64,000 nt of DNA from Camelus ferus (taxonomy: Eukaryota): contig NC_045697.1 of NCBI RefSeq assembly GCF_009834535.1, positions 76,634,001 to 76,698,000 of the forward strand, read 5' to 3'. The notes beneath the pieces are model-generated. The model did not search any database. It saw only the letters and a list, made by a program, of their open reading frames with translations, and was not told where the DNA came from. How positions within the stretch are numbered: position 1 is the stretch's first letter; each line of letters starts with the position of its first letter. The position numbers were made by a program, and so were the translations under genes. Below are positions 40,064 through 53,807 of the stretch, piece by piece.

Positions 40064-41250
40064 TAAAGAGGAAGACAGAAGACTGGTCTCTCAGAATCAG
40101 GGGAAAAAAAATATTTAGAGGACATATCCAAATATCTATGATACTAATCTGGAAACATCAAACAAAAAGCAGTATCAAAATTTCTTAGTGCCAACCTAGA
40201 AGCCATAGCTTTCATGTCTGTTAATTATAACAAATACATTCATAAAATACTACATATGATACCATTGGATGTCTGGGAAATCAATAATTTCATATCTTTA
40301 TTCTAAAATCATATTAATTCATATAAACAGATACTGTTTATATTAAGCTGTATGTAATCATATTATTTCATATCACATATTTCAAACACAACCTTCATAA
40401 AGCAGTATATATAATCCTCTTACTGAAACTAGGAATATAAATTTTAGAATGGTCTAATGCATGCTAGAGATTAATTCAAAATTCTTTAAGATGACAACAA
40501 TGTAAAGAAAAATCTACTTGCATTATGCTATCCTGTCAAACAGTTCTAGAGTTTAAAAAATATTTTAAAATAAGAAGCTGAATTTAAGGGGGTAACTACA
40601 GCTAAGCCAGTAGAATTTTTAAGCCTTTTTAGTTGCTACATTAAAAAACGTAAACAATTAAAAAATGTTTCTTAACATTTTTAGATGATTTAAAATATGT
40701 ATAACAATGTTTTCAAACGAAGCTTTAAGCAAGTATTTCAAAAAATACAAATTTTATGGGAATAGTACGTGTCAATATAGTTTAGTAATATGATTTGTAC
40801 CCTGCAGTGAGAATTACTGACAGGAAGTGGAAGCACAAAACATTTTAGAGGGATTATTATAATGGGTAAATCACAAAAACAGCTGCTTTAATGTTAGATT
40901 TATGGGGATGTTAAGATTCTAATTCTGGCCAAAATCTGATAGGATCTTAAGAGTAAGATTCAAATGTGAAGACAGGCATTCTAGACTTTAAATAATTCCT
41001 ATGACTTCAAGTGAAATGACTTTTACACTTATTTAAGTGGCAGAGTAGGTTATATATGGAATAAACAGTGGATACACAGTCCAGATAGCCACTGGCAAAC
41101 TTTAGAAATACCTGCACTTCATTTTTAATTAAAAAGTTTAATTGATTGAGGTGGTTGGTGAGTATTTAAAGAACAGCACTCTGTTTTTAGTTTTCATTTT
41201 TCCATTTTTGTGACTCTCACAATTACAGTTCTGTGAAGCCAAGTATTTAC

Positions 41251-41295
41251 CTTTATCCCCGGAAGTCCAGGAAGCCCAGGAAGCCCTGGTTCACC
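41251..41295 (-). CDS. COL25A1: COL25A1 exon, 45 nt, GEPGLPGLPGLPGIK
   Basis: Gly-X-Y; acceptor ttttcctacgtag, donor gtaaat. Confidence 0.94.
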
Positions 41296-44200
41296 CTACG
41301 TAGGAAAATCACACAGCATTATAGAGCAATACTCACTCAGTCACAGTATCTGAGAAAAACATGGCAAATGTAGATGAATTCTTGCTGTATGTGTGTATAT
41401 AAATATGTCTATTATATACATACTGTCTAGTTTCAAGACGTTTGGTGAGATTGTATAGTTCAGTCAACTCTTGATTCAGGGATTGGTTGACCATTTGGCA
41501 GATTATTCAGAATTTTCCCTTTTGCTTCCAATTCACTGCCCATTATCATCTCTACCAGAAGGTGAGAAAGAGGAGTAAAGGGAGAAGGAACTCCTATGTT
41601 TTATTACTTCCTGGCAAATGATTTGTTAAGGAGGCTGAAGCTATTTGCTGAAATGAGGATTACATGTGCATTTGAATAATGCATCCTATTCCGGTGCTCT
41701 CTTACCTCAGATAATCAAGAGTTGGCTGTATGAACAGATGGTCACATCGAAACAATATACATTAAAAGTCTTGCTCACTTAAAAGTATAATAAGATTTCT
41801 TTTCCATTCCTGAATGATGAGAAGATAAATGCATGGTTAAGATTATACTTAACTCCAGTCCGTATATCTGACAATTGTTGAGTCTGGGTAACCCTGCTTA
41901 GCAATTTAAGGGCTAATGGTACCATGCAGCTGTTTCTGAATACAGGTTTGAGATTAAGTGGGACATTTTGGGTGAGCACACTGGAGTCAAGCTAAATCTT
42001 CTCATTTTCACAGAATTGTCCACATTATTTTAAGAACAAAATATAGCGACAGGAAGTTATATTGCTTAGAAAAATCTGCTGAATTCCACTAAAGAAGCAT
42101 AAAGGGATTGCTAGAGAAAATAAAAGTCCATCCAGTGTTGGACTGAGGTGACTAATATTTGTGGAAATAACATTTGAAGGTAAAAGGGTCACACTGTTTC
42201 ATGATGATGTCAGTGCAATGACAATTATACCAAAAGAGATAGAAGCATCAAATTTGCAATAAAAATGGTAGAGGAGGGCACTTTTTAAATCTAAATGCTT
42301 GAACAATCCTTATTCCAAGGAAAATCTAAGATCAACTAGACATTTTATCTTTCATATTATTACTTTCAAATTGTGGAAACCTATAATTTGCTTCTGGGAT
42401 TGTCACACAATGACTTAAGATATTGTTTATATTAAGCTATATGGTTAAACATAGAAAGAACAATGACTTTCCTGATGGTTTAGGTCAAAGGTGCTTCAGG
42501 AATGCAAAAGAAAAGCTATTCTGTCTGAAACTATTTAAATGAAAGTTTGCATTGGGAACAAAAAGACTAAGATGAGATTAAGCCAGAGAAGAAAGAATGA
42601 GTATTAAGAATTTGGCATTTCACTCAAAGAACACTTGTATAAGTAGGTTAAACTTTACACAGATACAGTGTAGTACATTTGATTTTTATTTTTCTTTCCC
42701 TTTTTCCTTTCAGTCAATAAATTTAGGAAGATCTAGTAAAAAGGGTTTGTATTTATACTTCACTAAAGATTCTCTTTTACTAAGAAAAAAGTATAAGGCC
42801 CTTGAAAACACTGTATGTTGCCGCAGAATATACAATCAATAAAAGTAAACATATTGGTGACAAATTTATAGTTTTGTATTGTTTTAGAAAAGCCCCCCTC
42901 CCCAACTCAATAGATTCTATTAAAACCATGTGTGGAAGGAAATATACAAGTTATAATACTATTTTCCGAAAGGAGCTTTTACTATAGCCTTCCCTCCCAT
43001 CAAATTAAAAGGATCCTCTGACTACTTTAAAGTAAGATATTTATAAACATGTGCATGTTTTCTCATAATAAGAAAGATGTATAAGACATTATGGAATATT
43101 TTGTAATGTAGATTGAATACTTACAGAGATTTTGAACATTTAGCTATTCCCTACATCATATGTGTATGTATGTATGTATATGGGTTATAAATGTACTTTT
43201 TAATGAACAAATATTTCAGGAATTCCTATTCCATAGTTCTATATTTTTATAAATTTGGCTTTCCAAATTTATGTTTACTTAAAAGTTGACATAATGAAAG
43301 GTTATAAAATATTTAATGTTACCTTCTGTGAAACATTTCAACATTTTTACAAAGATATTTCTTCTTATATAAATTCTCTGTCTCTACATTATGAAGGCTT
43401 ATCTTCTAATTAAGAGATAGCTTTTCAGTGAATTTCTCCATTCTTGCCTGTTTCTTGGAACTGAGCTGAGTTCTTGGGCATCAACAGCCCAAGGTCAGAT
43501 CTGGGTCATAATTAAAAATTGGTTTGTTATTCTATTCGAAGAATACTTGTCCAAGTAGATTAAACTCCACATTGATACATTATACTTCTGGTTTTCTTTT
43601 TCTTTCCCTTTCACTCTTTACTCTCCAGTATAGGAGACCCTTGTCTACTGTCAAAGTCAGTTCTCTGCTTTTACCCCATGTCCTCTTGAGAGTGCCTGTA
43701 TTTCTAGATATATTTCAACTGTGCAGGTCGCTTCCAATGGGAGAATAAGACCTTTTAATGCCTCTGAAACTAAAAAAATATATTCTAAAAAGATACGGGA
43801 GAGTTAGGAAGAAAAGAATTACATGATGAAACACAATACCTATTTTATAAATCTACACACTCCCTTTACAAACATATATACCCTAACTCACGTATCAAAC
43901 ACACAATCTCCTGTTGAGTCTATAAAAAAGAAAAAATAATGAAATCATTCTACATTATGAATGTTACTCTAAATAACAAACTTTCATACTGCAAAATACC
44001 AGACAGTGGAGAGCTAATCAGTGCGCTTTTCGTACCGTTGGGATATTCTCTACTTTTCTGGGAATGTCCCTAACACAGGAGCAGAAGTACCAATGAACCC
44101 ACAGCACAGATCTGCAATGGTGAGAAAAACAGTCACAAAAGATCTCTTAAATGGATTCTGTACTCAGTTCTGCTTGTCTTTTTCCAATTGAAGTAAGCAG

Positions 44201-45973
44201 CAAGCAAGGAAGCACTCTACTTCTAAATCATTTATGGGGTATGTTTTGCCAAATCCAGATATTAAACAGAGGAAGACATAAATATTGTGGGAAAGTGAGA
44301 TTGCGTCAAAGGGCAGAATCTGGCCTAAATATTAATGAAGATACTGCTAATTTCAGGGCACATTTTCTTTCAGATAGAATCCACGTTGTCTCCCAATATA
44401 ATTTAAAAGAGGCTTTTAGTGAAATACAAAAAAAAAAAAAAAAAGCCAATGATTCCATATGTACACCTATAAACTTCCAGAAATGAATCTAAAATGTATT
44501 TTAAATAATCATGATAAAGTTTTATTAACCAGTTGAAAATCAATTTGGATCTTCCACTCTGAAAACCGTGGAACCTATATGAAATGATAGCAGATTTGTT
44601 TTGTTTTTTAAAAAGACATAACAGTTTTGCAGACATTTCTTTCAGCTTATCACAGATTTGGAGAGCAGTTTAAATTTAGCCTTTAATTTTTAAACACTAA
44701 GGGACTTAAAATTAGATCAACTGAGAAAATTAATTGCTCTTTCAAACCAAAGCAGATCATGGATCTCTGTGATATTGCTAATTTCAAATTTCTTACATAA
44801 AGAATCAGTAGGAAATCTCAGGAACTGAATAGCAAAATTTGCAGAGGTCTGCTGGACTCTTTGGTAAAGTCTCAACTTTACCTGAAACAGGGCCTGATGA
44901 ATTATTACTCTTAGATTCTTAACTTCAAGAGAAAAAAACCTATTTTTAAATTAGAGAAACATTAAAAGAGTATGAAAAATCTTCTTAAAAATTACTCTAA
45001 TCCTATGTGCTTAAAGAAAGCAAGGCTCCTCTCAATGACTTCAAGAATGTGGGAATATTTTTTTATGTTATATCATATTTTAAAGTTCCAAAGTACTACT
45101 ATAGGATTTATTCTCTTTCCCTTTATAAAAACCAGGGATATTCTATGTTTTTATTCATATTTTTTGCCCTATACCATCAGCTACTGCTAGACAAAGGCAG
45201 AGTCATGATCTTGAGAGATTTAACCTAATGTGGAATTCACATTTACTTGTTAGCAACAATACATCTGTTATCTAAAATCTGACTGCACAGGGCATTGATA
45301 TCCAGATGCTCGACGATAAACTACTAACAGTTGTTTCCTGCTTCAGACTCAAATGAGACTATGAATCTAAACATATCCACTGCCTGTCCTCTAATTTATC
45401 ACTGAAGTAAAGCACAAATGATAAAAAAAAAATTAATGTATGTCTCTATGGTTTGGCTACTGTCTCCAATTAAAATTTAACTTATGAACAAATCTCTTTG
45501 TACAACATGATATTCACTGCATAGGTAGATATTCACATAAAAATTATCATTAGGGAAGTGTTTGAATTGAAAGGAAGGGAATATAATTTTAAAAGAACTG
45601 TCCATCATTCCCTATTGAGGTAGTTTAGTAAGTACATCATTTCTTCTCATGAAAGATAGAAACATGCAGTGTCTTTAAACATGCAAGATAAGTTGTTGGC
45701 ATTCTAACCCAAACGATCTTTGTTAGTCTCAAACAGCTCAATACGTGCAGACTTTAGTTCATTAAGCGTCTTTTCACATGTACAGAGTGTGTTTTCACTT
45801 TTGCTGTGGTCATCAACCCTTTTAAAATGCAAAACCATCAATAACATTGCATACAAAGCATGAAAATTACATCATTTTGCAATAATCGATTTCACGTTAC
45901 ATAGTGGATAGTAGATATAATGGAATGGTGACTATGAGACAGTACAAAGAACACACTAGGAGAGAGAGATTAC

Positions 45974-46009
45974 CTTTTGCCCAGGACGACCAGATTCTCC
46001 GGGTTCTCC
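45974..46009 (-). CDS. COL25A1: COL25A1 exon, 36 nt, GEPGESGRPGQK
   Basis: Gly-X-Y; acceptor ttttctttggccag, donor gtaatc. Confidence 0.94.
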
Positions 46010-46439
46010 CTGGCCAAAGAAAACCAAAAATGAAAAGGACAGTCTTACAAGAATTTTCCAAAACCCTTAGGGCCCTGGGCACTTTCACAGAGATGGTTCA
46101 GCCTCCCTGATGACATGCATTTCGTGCACTTTATTCTGTTACTCTGCGTCTTACTAGACATAGGAGCATTTTTTCCCCTGCTGCAAATATACCTAAAGCT
46201 CACATACAAATCCACATTTCCATAAAAACCAATCAGAAAGGGAAGAGAAGGCAAGACCTCTCATTTAAGCCTTTGTCAGATTTCCAGCAGATGCTGCCTG
46301 TTGTTTGGAAGCTGATTATTGCAGGAGAATAGGCACAGAGTCAGAACCATCAAAGTTGGTAAATGGGAAGAGAAACAAGAGGCTTATAAAATCAAAACTG
46401 TAACTCCTGGGGTACAAACACTTGTAAGGCTATAGTTAC

Positions 46440-46472
46440 CTTAATTCCTGCAGCAGACGATCCAGGGTCACC
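46440..46472 (-). CDS. COL25A1: COL25A1 exon, 33 nt, GDPGSSAAGIK (helix interruption)
   Basis: Acceptor ttttattttag, donor gtaact; GSSAAGIK is characteristic of collagen XXV. Confidence 0.94.
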
Positions 46473-47601
46473 CTAAAATAAAACCCAGGAGAGATGATTC
46501 CACAAGTTATAGGAACAGGAAACACACAAACATACTGAGAGCCATTATGGACAGGAGCACTCAAGGAAACTCCATGACTAATGGGCAAAACACGCTCCCT
46601 AAGAATTTGTATCAATATGTCAGCTGTTAAGATGTCAACAATTCCAAGATAAACAACATATTTTCTAAAACTATGGGTTTACTTTGAATGCAAAATACAT
46701 AAGGACCACATTCCTGGAAATAAATACATAAATATGGATCTCAGTGCTAAAATTGTATTCTAAAGCAACACATTATCATTAGCAGATCTGGAATTTTAGT
46801 TTTCTCTATTTCTGGAATTTATTAATGTCACTGGCTATCATTTACTAGGAGTTCCCTGACCCTTTCTGACTTCAGAAAGTCAGGGTTCAACAGATGAAGT
46901 CAAAGGGTTAATGATGTTGAGTTGGAAAAAGCCACGCAGCCAGTCAGTTTGTTTTCCTCATGAAGCTCCGTCACAGTTACGACCGGCATGTTTTTTCTAG
47001 CTCTACACTTATTTCATTGTAAGGCAGTCACTGGAAAGTTGCAGGATGATGGATGACTTGTGGGTGACAGGGACACGTGGAAGATCTGAGAGAAAATCTT
47101 GAGATGGAATCTGGTTTTCTAAAAGGCATTGTAGTCCACCCTGATTTCACGGAGGGTGACTACATTCCTAAGGCAAGTCTGTTCTAAATGTGCAGACAGG
47201 GACAAGCAGACAGGAATACAGAAGGTGGCTGACGATGTTGCTTATTTCTGAAATGAGGCCAGCCCAGGGCCTAGATTTTCAAGTCCTTTCTAGCCCTCCG
47301 CCCCTACAAACATGCTTCTAGGAAAATAAAAGGGAGAATATTTAGTCATTTGAGACCGTCCAGAAAATAGAAGCAGCCAGAAGGGGGAAGGCACATATTG
47401 GGGTTTCCTCAGTGGTACTACCTGAGCGGTGCAAGCACTCAGAGAGCTCCAGGGGATGAGTTCCTTGTGTTAGATTTAAAGAGTTTCTCATCAGTCTCTC
47501 AGAGACAGAGATAAGGCCTCAGGCCTCTGTTCATGAAGCACTTGGCCCCTCCCTCCATTCCTCTCCCCTCTTCCCTTGGCTGGCACCTTTTCTTTCTTCA
47601 G

Positions 47602-47731
47602 ATTAAGAAAAATATTAGGGGGGGATATTAGATTTTTGATTATTCATTTTTTAGAGGAGGTACTGGGGGATTGAACCCAGGACCTCGTGCATGCTAAGCA
47701 CATGCTCTAACACTGAGCTATACTCTCCCCC
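47602..47731 (-). mobile_element. tRNA-Ala-derived SINE, camelid vic-1-like
   Basis: A and B boxes on minus strand; TSD TTCTTTCTTCAG at 47590-47601 and 47732-47743. Confidence 0.88.
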
Positions 47732-49469
47732 TTCTTTCTTCAGCTCTTAAGTGGCTTTACCTCAACTCCTCCCCCGACCAACGTAGACACATGCCTTCAT
47801 GTGCACATCTTACCCTGTAGCATCTGTTCATGTCCTGCAAAGCTCACTGTGTGCATATCATGTAGGTATGTTTTCTGCCTATTCTTTTTTTGTCCCTATT
47901 AGACAATCAGCCACAATGTGGGCAGGTTCAGTGCCTATTTTTAGTCACTGTCTGAATAAAATATGCTCAATACATATATGGTGAATGAATGAACAAATCT
48001 CAAAAATAATGTTTTAAGCAGGCCACCAAGAATCAAAATGCAAAAAAAACTTTAGGAAGAAAACCAAAAAAACCTCAGGAAGGAGAAGGAAATAATAAAT
48101 TAGCTTATTTGAGGAAACATACATATTCAAGTTTTGTTGACATCTGTTACTGCTATTGCCTGAGGAAAAATTAAAACATAAACATGACGAGACGTATTGA
48201 AGAGGATCCCACATACTGTCTTATTGTAAGATGACACTGGTTTCTTTTCCCCATCATTAACATTCAGTTGAGTTCTGAATGGAAAGTGAAATAAATGTGG
48301 CTAATAAAATAATACTTACTTCTATTTCTACTACATCAAGTCTGAAAGCCATCTACACCAATGAACGAAATTTGCAATATTTTGCACAAAAAGACCTTTG
48401 TTTTCATTAAAGTAATTTCGACTTTACCAACTCCCTTTTTCCATCTTATTTATACCTCACGAGATTCCCAAGAGATAGGACAGACAGTACTATTTTCACT
48501 TAATAGATGAGGAAATTGAAGCAATTTGAGGCTAAGTGAATTTTGGACTTCCTAAATTCTATTGCCATATTCTTTTTATTGGAATAAGAGAAGAATTATT
48601 GGTTTATTTTATTTTAACACCCGAGCATAATGGTGGTAGTAAAATTGTAAATAAAAGGAAGTTACTTGTATTAACTTTAGTTTAAAAACTTTTTTTTTCA
48701 GTGTTTTAATAGAAACTGACTGGATAAATCCACTAATGAGAGTAAGGACTAAATTTAGTTCTCACAGAAAGCGGACAGGAAGAAAAGGAGTTTCCTGAAA
48801 GGCTGATTTATTTGTGGAAACTGGAGCAGTTTCATTTGATGGACAACTATGAGTGATATTTCAGTTTTCTTCTCGGAAATTAGAACTGTGAAATCTCAAG
48901 GAATTTTTACAACTTTTAAATGGCAAGGCAACTGTTGGAAGACATTAATAAGTTAAACATTTAAAAGGATAATACTGCAAGTAGTGAAAATAAAATAGTC
49001 TGTGTTTATAATCCTTATTCCTTCAAAAGTGAAAATGAATACAGGATTAAAGCAGGGAAAAAACCCAACTGTGTCTCTCCAAGTATACTCTTAGCTTCAT
49101 AAATCAGTTGGTTAGGAAGCAAACGTTTCCACAGGGTAAATCATAAAGCGAAAAATACTTTGAGAGGATACCTGAGGTAAATGAATTCGACTTTGCTATT
49201 GACCATTCAAGTACGGAGTTTTTGTTTTTGTCTGTGATTATTTTCAAACACAACACTTGGTATGCACTTATATGTATGTGTTAATAAAGTCTACGTGGAT
49301 AAATGAAGTGAAGGTGGTGACATTTCTATCCTTCATTAATTCATTCCATAGATTTTATTGAGCTCCTGTTCTGTTCCAGCCTTGCTCTGGATACCGGGAT
49401 TCTAGCAGCTAGGGAGACAAAGTGAACAATGCAGTTTCAAACCCTGCCCTGTGTCCTGTGCTTCTGACA

Positions 49470-50029
49470 CAGTCACCCCTCCGTTTCCTTGGGTTCTACA
49501 TCTGCGGTTTCACACAACCTCTGATCAAAAATGTTTGGGAAAAAAAATTCCAGAAAATTCCCAAAAGCAAAACTTGAATTTCTCCATGCCTGACAATTAT
49601 TTACACAGTAGTAGGTATTATAAGTGATCTAGAGATGCTTTATAGTACAGTTGACCTTTGAACAACACAGCCTTGAACTGCAATGGTCCAATTATATGCA
49701 GATTTATTTTAATAATAAATATTACGATATCACATGATCCGCAGTTGGCTGAATTTGGCGGATGTGGAACCATAATACAGAGGAAACAGGGATATGAAGG
49801 AACCATGTATAAGGAGGGCTCATTATAAATAATACCCCGATTTTCGACTGTGGCAGAGTTTCAGTACCCCTAAGCTTCACATTGTTTAAGGGTCAACTGT
49901 ATATGGGAGGATGTATGTAGGTTATATGCAAATATTATGCCATTTTATATAAGGAACTTGAGCATTGTAGGATTTTGGCATCTGTGGGAATCCTGGAGCC
50001 AATTTCCTGGGAATACCAATGGACTACTG
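49470..50029. mobile_element. Tigger3-like DNA transposon, split by a nested element
   Basis: TIR-like ends CAGTCACCCCTCC / GGACTACTG; recalled consensus rejoins across the insert (CTAGAGATGCTTTATAGTA|TATGGGAGGATG). Confidence 0.75.
49648..49899. mobile_element. MER8/Tigger2-like MITE nested at a TA
   Basis: TIRs CAGTTGACCTTTGAACAA / TTGTTTAAGGGTCAACTG with TA on both sides. Confidence 0.8.
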
Positions 50030-50289
50030 CAATCATTTGTATATGTGTATGTATACAAATATATATATTCAAAACCATTATTGATTGAAAGCATAAAAGA
50101 TACTTTCTTTTTCTTTCTTTCCATTTACAAAAAATCTGGGTTAGGAAGAAATTGTCATGTTGGGAAATTCTGTGTCACTGTATATACACAGAAAACATGC
50201 TAAACAAATGCCTGGTATAGGAAAAATTTCTACCATTCAATGAAAATAAGAAGCAGGTGAAAATAAAAAAATAATTTTTTTAAAAGGCA

Positions 50290-50700
50290 GTTCACTCAAT
50301 AAATATTTATTATCTTCCAACTATGTGCCAGGAACTTGGATTGGTGTTGGGAATAGAACAGTTTGGTAACATACAGTCCTTGTTTGTGTATTTTTTCTTT
50401 TCCAGTGAGCTGGATGCCCAATGAAACAAGGAATTACAATAAATTGTGGTAAGGGTTATGAAAGGGATCATAAAAAGTGCTCTGGGAGCACACAGCAGGT
50501 AACCAAGCCAATCCACAGGAGACTGAAATGACTTATCAATTCAGGTTTCAGTGGACTGAAGAATAGGATTAGAATGTGAGGAAGTGGACAGAGAGCAAGA
50601 GAATTCTAAGCCAAGGGAATCAGCATGTGTGCTAAGTTGGAGAAGGCCCTGTGCCCACGGAGATAAGCCATTCTGTGTGACCTTAAGAAAAGAAGACAAT
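50290..50700 (-). mobile_element. L2 LINE 3' fragment
   Basis: TTCACTCAATAAATATTTATT...ACTATGTGCCAGG typical of reverse L2 tail, followed by purine-rich L2-like body. Confidence 0.6.
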
Positions 50701-51973
50701 TTGGCGGGTGGTTCCAAATATGGCTGTGGCTTCTGAAAGGCTCAGAGGATGCAAATCAAAGATGCTCTGTAGGTAGGTGTAAGGAAAGAAGGCAGCGTAT
50801 TTATAGAAATGAAGATTGAGGGAGCAAAGAAAATGAAGACACAGACAGGTAATACCAAGAAAGTAAAGCTTCTGAACGAACAAGTAACACTGTGGATAAT
50901 AGAGCGGCATTCAGCGGTTGGCACCAATACTTACTTGCAAGTTGGGGGAAACAGTTAAAGAAATCCATTTCTATATTTGTTGGTGGGATTAACACTCTAA
51001 AGAGTAGAACATAATCTTTCCGTAGTAACTCCACACATGATTGAAATCAGTCTTTGGCAGGTCATTCTTAATCCTAGAGTGCATCGTAGCTGCTGGCCAC
51101 AGAGAGAACCCAGCCCAGAGGTTTTTACAGTGCCACAGCATTTCCAGATGACCAGTCTGGAAAGGCTTAGGTTGTTTTACCATTTAAAGGCACTGAGTTG
51201 GATCAAAAGGAAAAAAATCCTATTAAAGTGAATCAGCCAATGACATAATTTACTACATCAATGGCAGAAAAGAAGCAATTTTTGATTTTACATCTCAGTC
51301 TTGGTAAATGATGAATGAGTTTCACATACTGAACTCAAAGGCCATGAGAAGTATTTCCAACATGCTGGAAACAAATTATATGACAGAAGCAGGAAATATT
51401 TAAAACACATCAAAAATTATATTCCAATTACAGCATTCCCAGGGATGAATGCTACAGGTCAGATTACTTTTTATATGTTACAGATTCCTATTTACAGTTC
51501 CCTGTTTAGACCCATTGAAAGTTTATAGAAATGATTTCCATTTTAACCAAAGCATTTCTTGTACTTAATTTCAGTTTACTAATAAAACTTTTTGATAAAA
51601 AAGAAAAATAAACCAATCTAGTTGATTTCAACTTCCATGTGGTAAGAAAGCTAACATTTATTGAGAGTTTACTGTATGTGAGTTGGTATGGTAAATGATT
51701 TACATTAGTATAAAAAATAAGAATAGTATTCCTTTGAGATGAATTTAGCCTTTACAAACAAAAAAAGTTGCTTTACTGTTGCAAAATTAAAATTTTAAAA
51801 TGTGTGATTAAAGAAACAATTATTGGCTAATGTTCAAAAAATGAAGCTGTAAAAATACATCTTCTAAAACATAAAATTCTCTGCACAAATCTACATAAGC
51901 ATAGTTCAAATTTGGTGTATATTTTTTCCACTTGAAGAAACTGCTCTCTGTTTAGAAGATTTCTTTCCTTAAG

Positions 51974-52307
51974 CAGAGGCTGGCAACTATGGTCTGAGGG
52001 TCAAATCCAGCTAGCCACCTGTTTTTGTATGGCCCATGAGCTAAGAATGATTTTCACATTCTTAATGGTTAAAAAAATCAAAAGAATAATTATTTCATGA
52101 CATGCGAAAACCACATGAAGTTAAAATTTCACTGTCCAGAAATAAAGTTTTATTGGAATATAGCCACTCTTGTTTGTATACATATTGTCTATGGTGGCTG
52201 TCATGCTATGATGACAGAGTTAACTAGTTGTGACAGACACCATATGGTCCACCAAACCTAAAATATTTATTTTTTAGCCCTTTACAGGAAAAGTTTACTA
52301 ACTCGTG
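51974..52307. mobile_element. MER58B-like hAT-Charlie element
   Basis: GTTTTTGTATGGCCCATGAGCTAAGAATG...AATAAAGTTTTATTGGAA...CCCTTTACAGGAAAAGTTT. Confidence 0.78.
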
Positions 52308-52489
52308 CTTTTAAGCAAAAACAAGAAAGTTAAATATACCAGTCATGTTTATAGAGCTGGGGTTTGAAATTTTGACTTCATGACTTAATACAGGTATACG
52401 ACTGGTCCTGTCAGTATTAAACATATTCAAGCCATGTTGGATTGCAGTGTGATACTTAAATTTGACAGATGAATAAAATGGGTTTACAG

Positions 52490-52686
52490 CAGTGGTTCTC
52501 AATGAGGGATGATTTTGTTTCCTGGGGACAACTGGCAATGTCTAGAGGTAAGGTTGATTGTCATACTCGAGGATGCTACTGGCTTCTAGTGGGCAGAGGC
52601 CAGGAAGGATGCTAGACATCTGACAGCCTCCCCAGGAAGGATTATCTGGCCCAAAATGTCAGTAGTGCTGAGGCTGAGAAGCCCTG
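52490..52686. mobile_element. MER20 hAT element
   Basis: CAGTGGTTCTCAA...TATCTGGCCCAAAATGTCAGTAGTGCTGAGGCTGAGAAGCCCTG; 8-bp near-TSD gtttacag/gtctacaa. Confidence 0.82.
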
Positions 52687-53194
52687 GTCTACAAGAAACT
52701 GGGAGTCCACTCAAATTTCTAGACTGCTCTTCGAACTACAAACACAATTGCTACTTGGTGACATTAACTTTATTCCTACCACCCAGGCCATATTGGTATT
52801 AATATTTATAAGAATGAGAAAGATAAATTTCTTTTTATTTTATGGGTATGTTTTTATGACTAACTATTATCCACCTGTAGTGTAATAATTTTCAAAGTAG
52901 AGTATTCTCATTCTCAATTATAAGCCTAAATGAATCACTTTTTAAAATCACTTAGTCACTTAGCTTGACTAAAATTAAAATCTGACTATACTATTTTTAA
53001 TTTCTTAGAAGCTCTTTTTCTTAATTCTTAACATATAGCACAAATGAAATAAAAATTTCTTTATATGTCAGAGATGTCTGAGAAGTAAGAATCCAAGCAG
53101 AAAGCTGTGATGGACTGGGGAAAAAAGAGGAGATAAGAAGATGAACCAAAGACCACTGCAACATAAATGCCAATAATGGTTTAAAAGACAAATG

Positions 53195-53248
<54 letters not shown>
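53195..53248. repeat. (ATA)18 microsatellite
   Basis: Direct reading. Confidence 0.97.
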
Positions 53249-53249
<1 letters not shown>

Positions 53250-53762
53250 AAAGGCTGACAAAATATCTGAATTTAGAGATTTCAAGTTGAGGCAACTCTT
53301 CAAGACTGCATTAGAGGCTCTAAGCGACTGACATTAACTTATTATCTAACTTTGACATCTGATCCCAATCCTCTGCAATCTTCTGTCCTAAAACTGGGAC
53401 AAATGCAATCATTTTAGGAACTCAATTTTTATATCTCTGTGTATAAAGGGAGTATTCATTTACACATGAATAAGTGTCTTTTTTTCTTTGAAAGCCATAT
53501 TACGGGAAACCTAACTTCACATTTTCTAGAATTTTTGACATAACACTTTACTTTTAAAATATTTAAATTTGTAGCTAGAAGCTTGTGGAATAATCATCTT
53601 TTATAAATTAGATATTTATGTTTCCTAATCCTGCAGAATTATCTCTGATCTTGTCATATTAAGCTACTACCACTCACTCTCTCAAAATCTGCCATTTTCA
53701 TATACACGAAAACAATATTGCTTGCCCATACACATACTCTTTCATGTTTCACAACACTGTAC

Positions 53763-53807
53763 CTTTTCGCCTGTGTCACCTTTGGGGCCATTCTCTCCAG
53801 CATCTCC
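53763..53807 (-). CDS. COL25A1: COL25A1 exon, 45 nt, GDAGENGPKGDTGEK
   Basis: Gly-X-Y; acceptor tttccctccttag, donor gtacag. Confidence 0.94.

Noticed and set aside
46045..46090. AQGPKGFGK collagen-like stub upstream of the GEPGES exon
   Set aside because: Triplet register breaks immediately, an in-frame stop follows, and there is no good acceptor
53021..53295. Poly-Tyr and poly-Ile ORFs (also 32154..32507)
   Set aside because: Translations of (ATA)n and (ATC)n microsatellites
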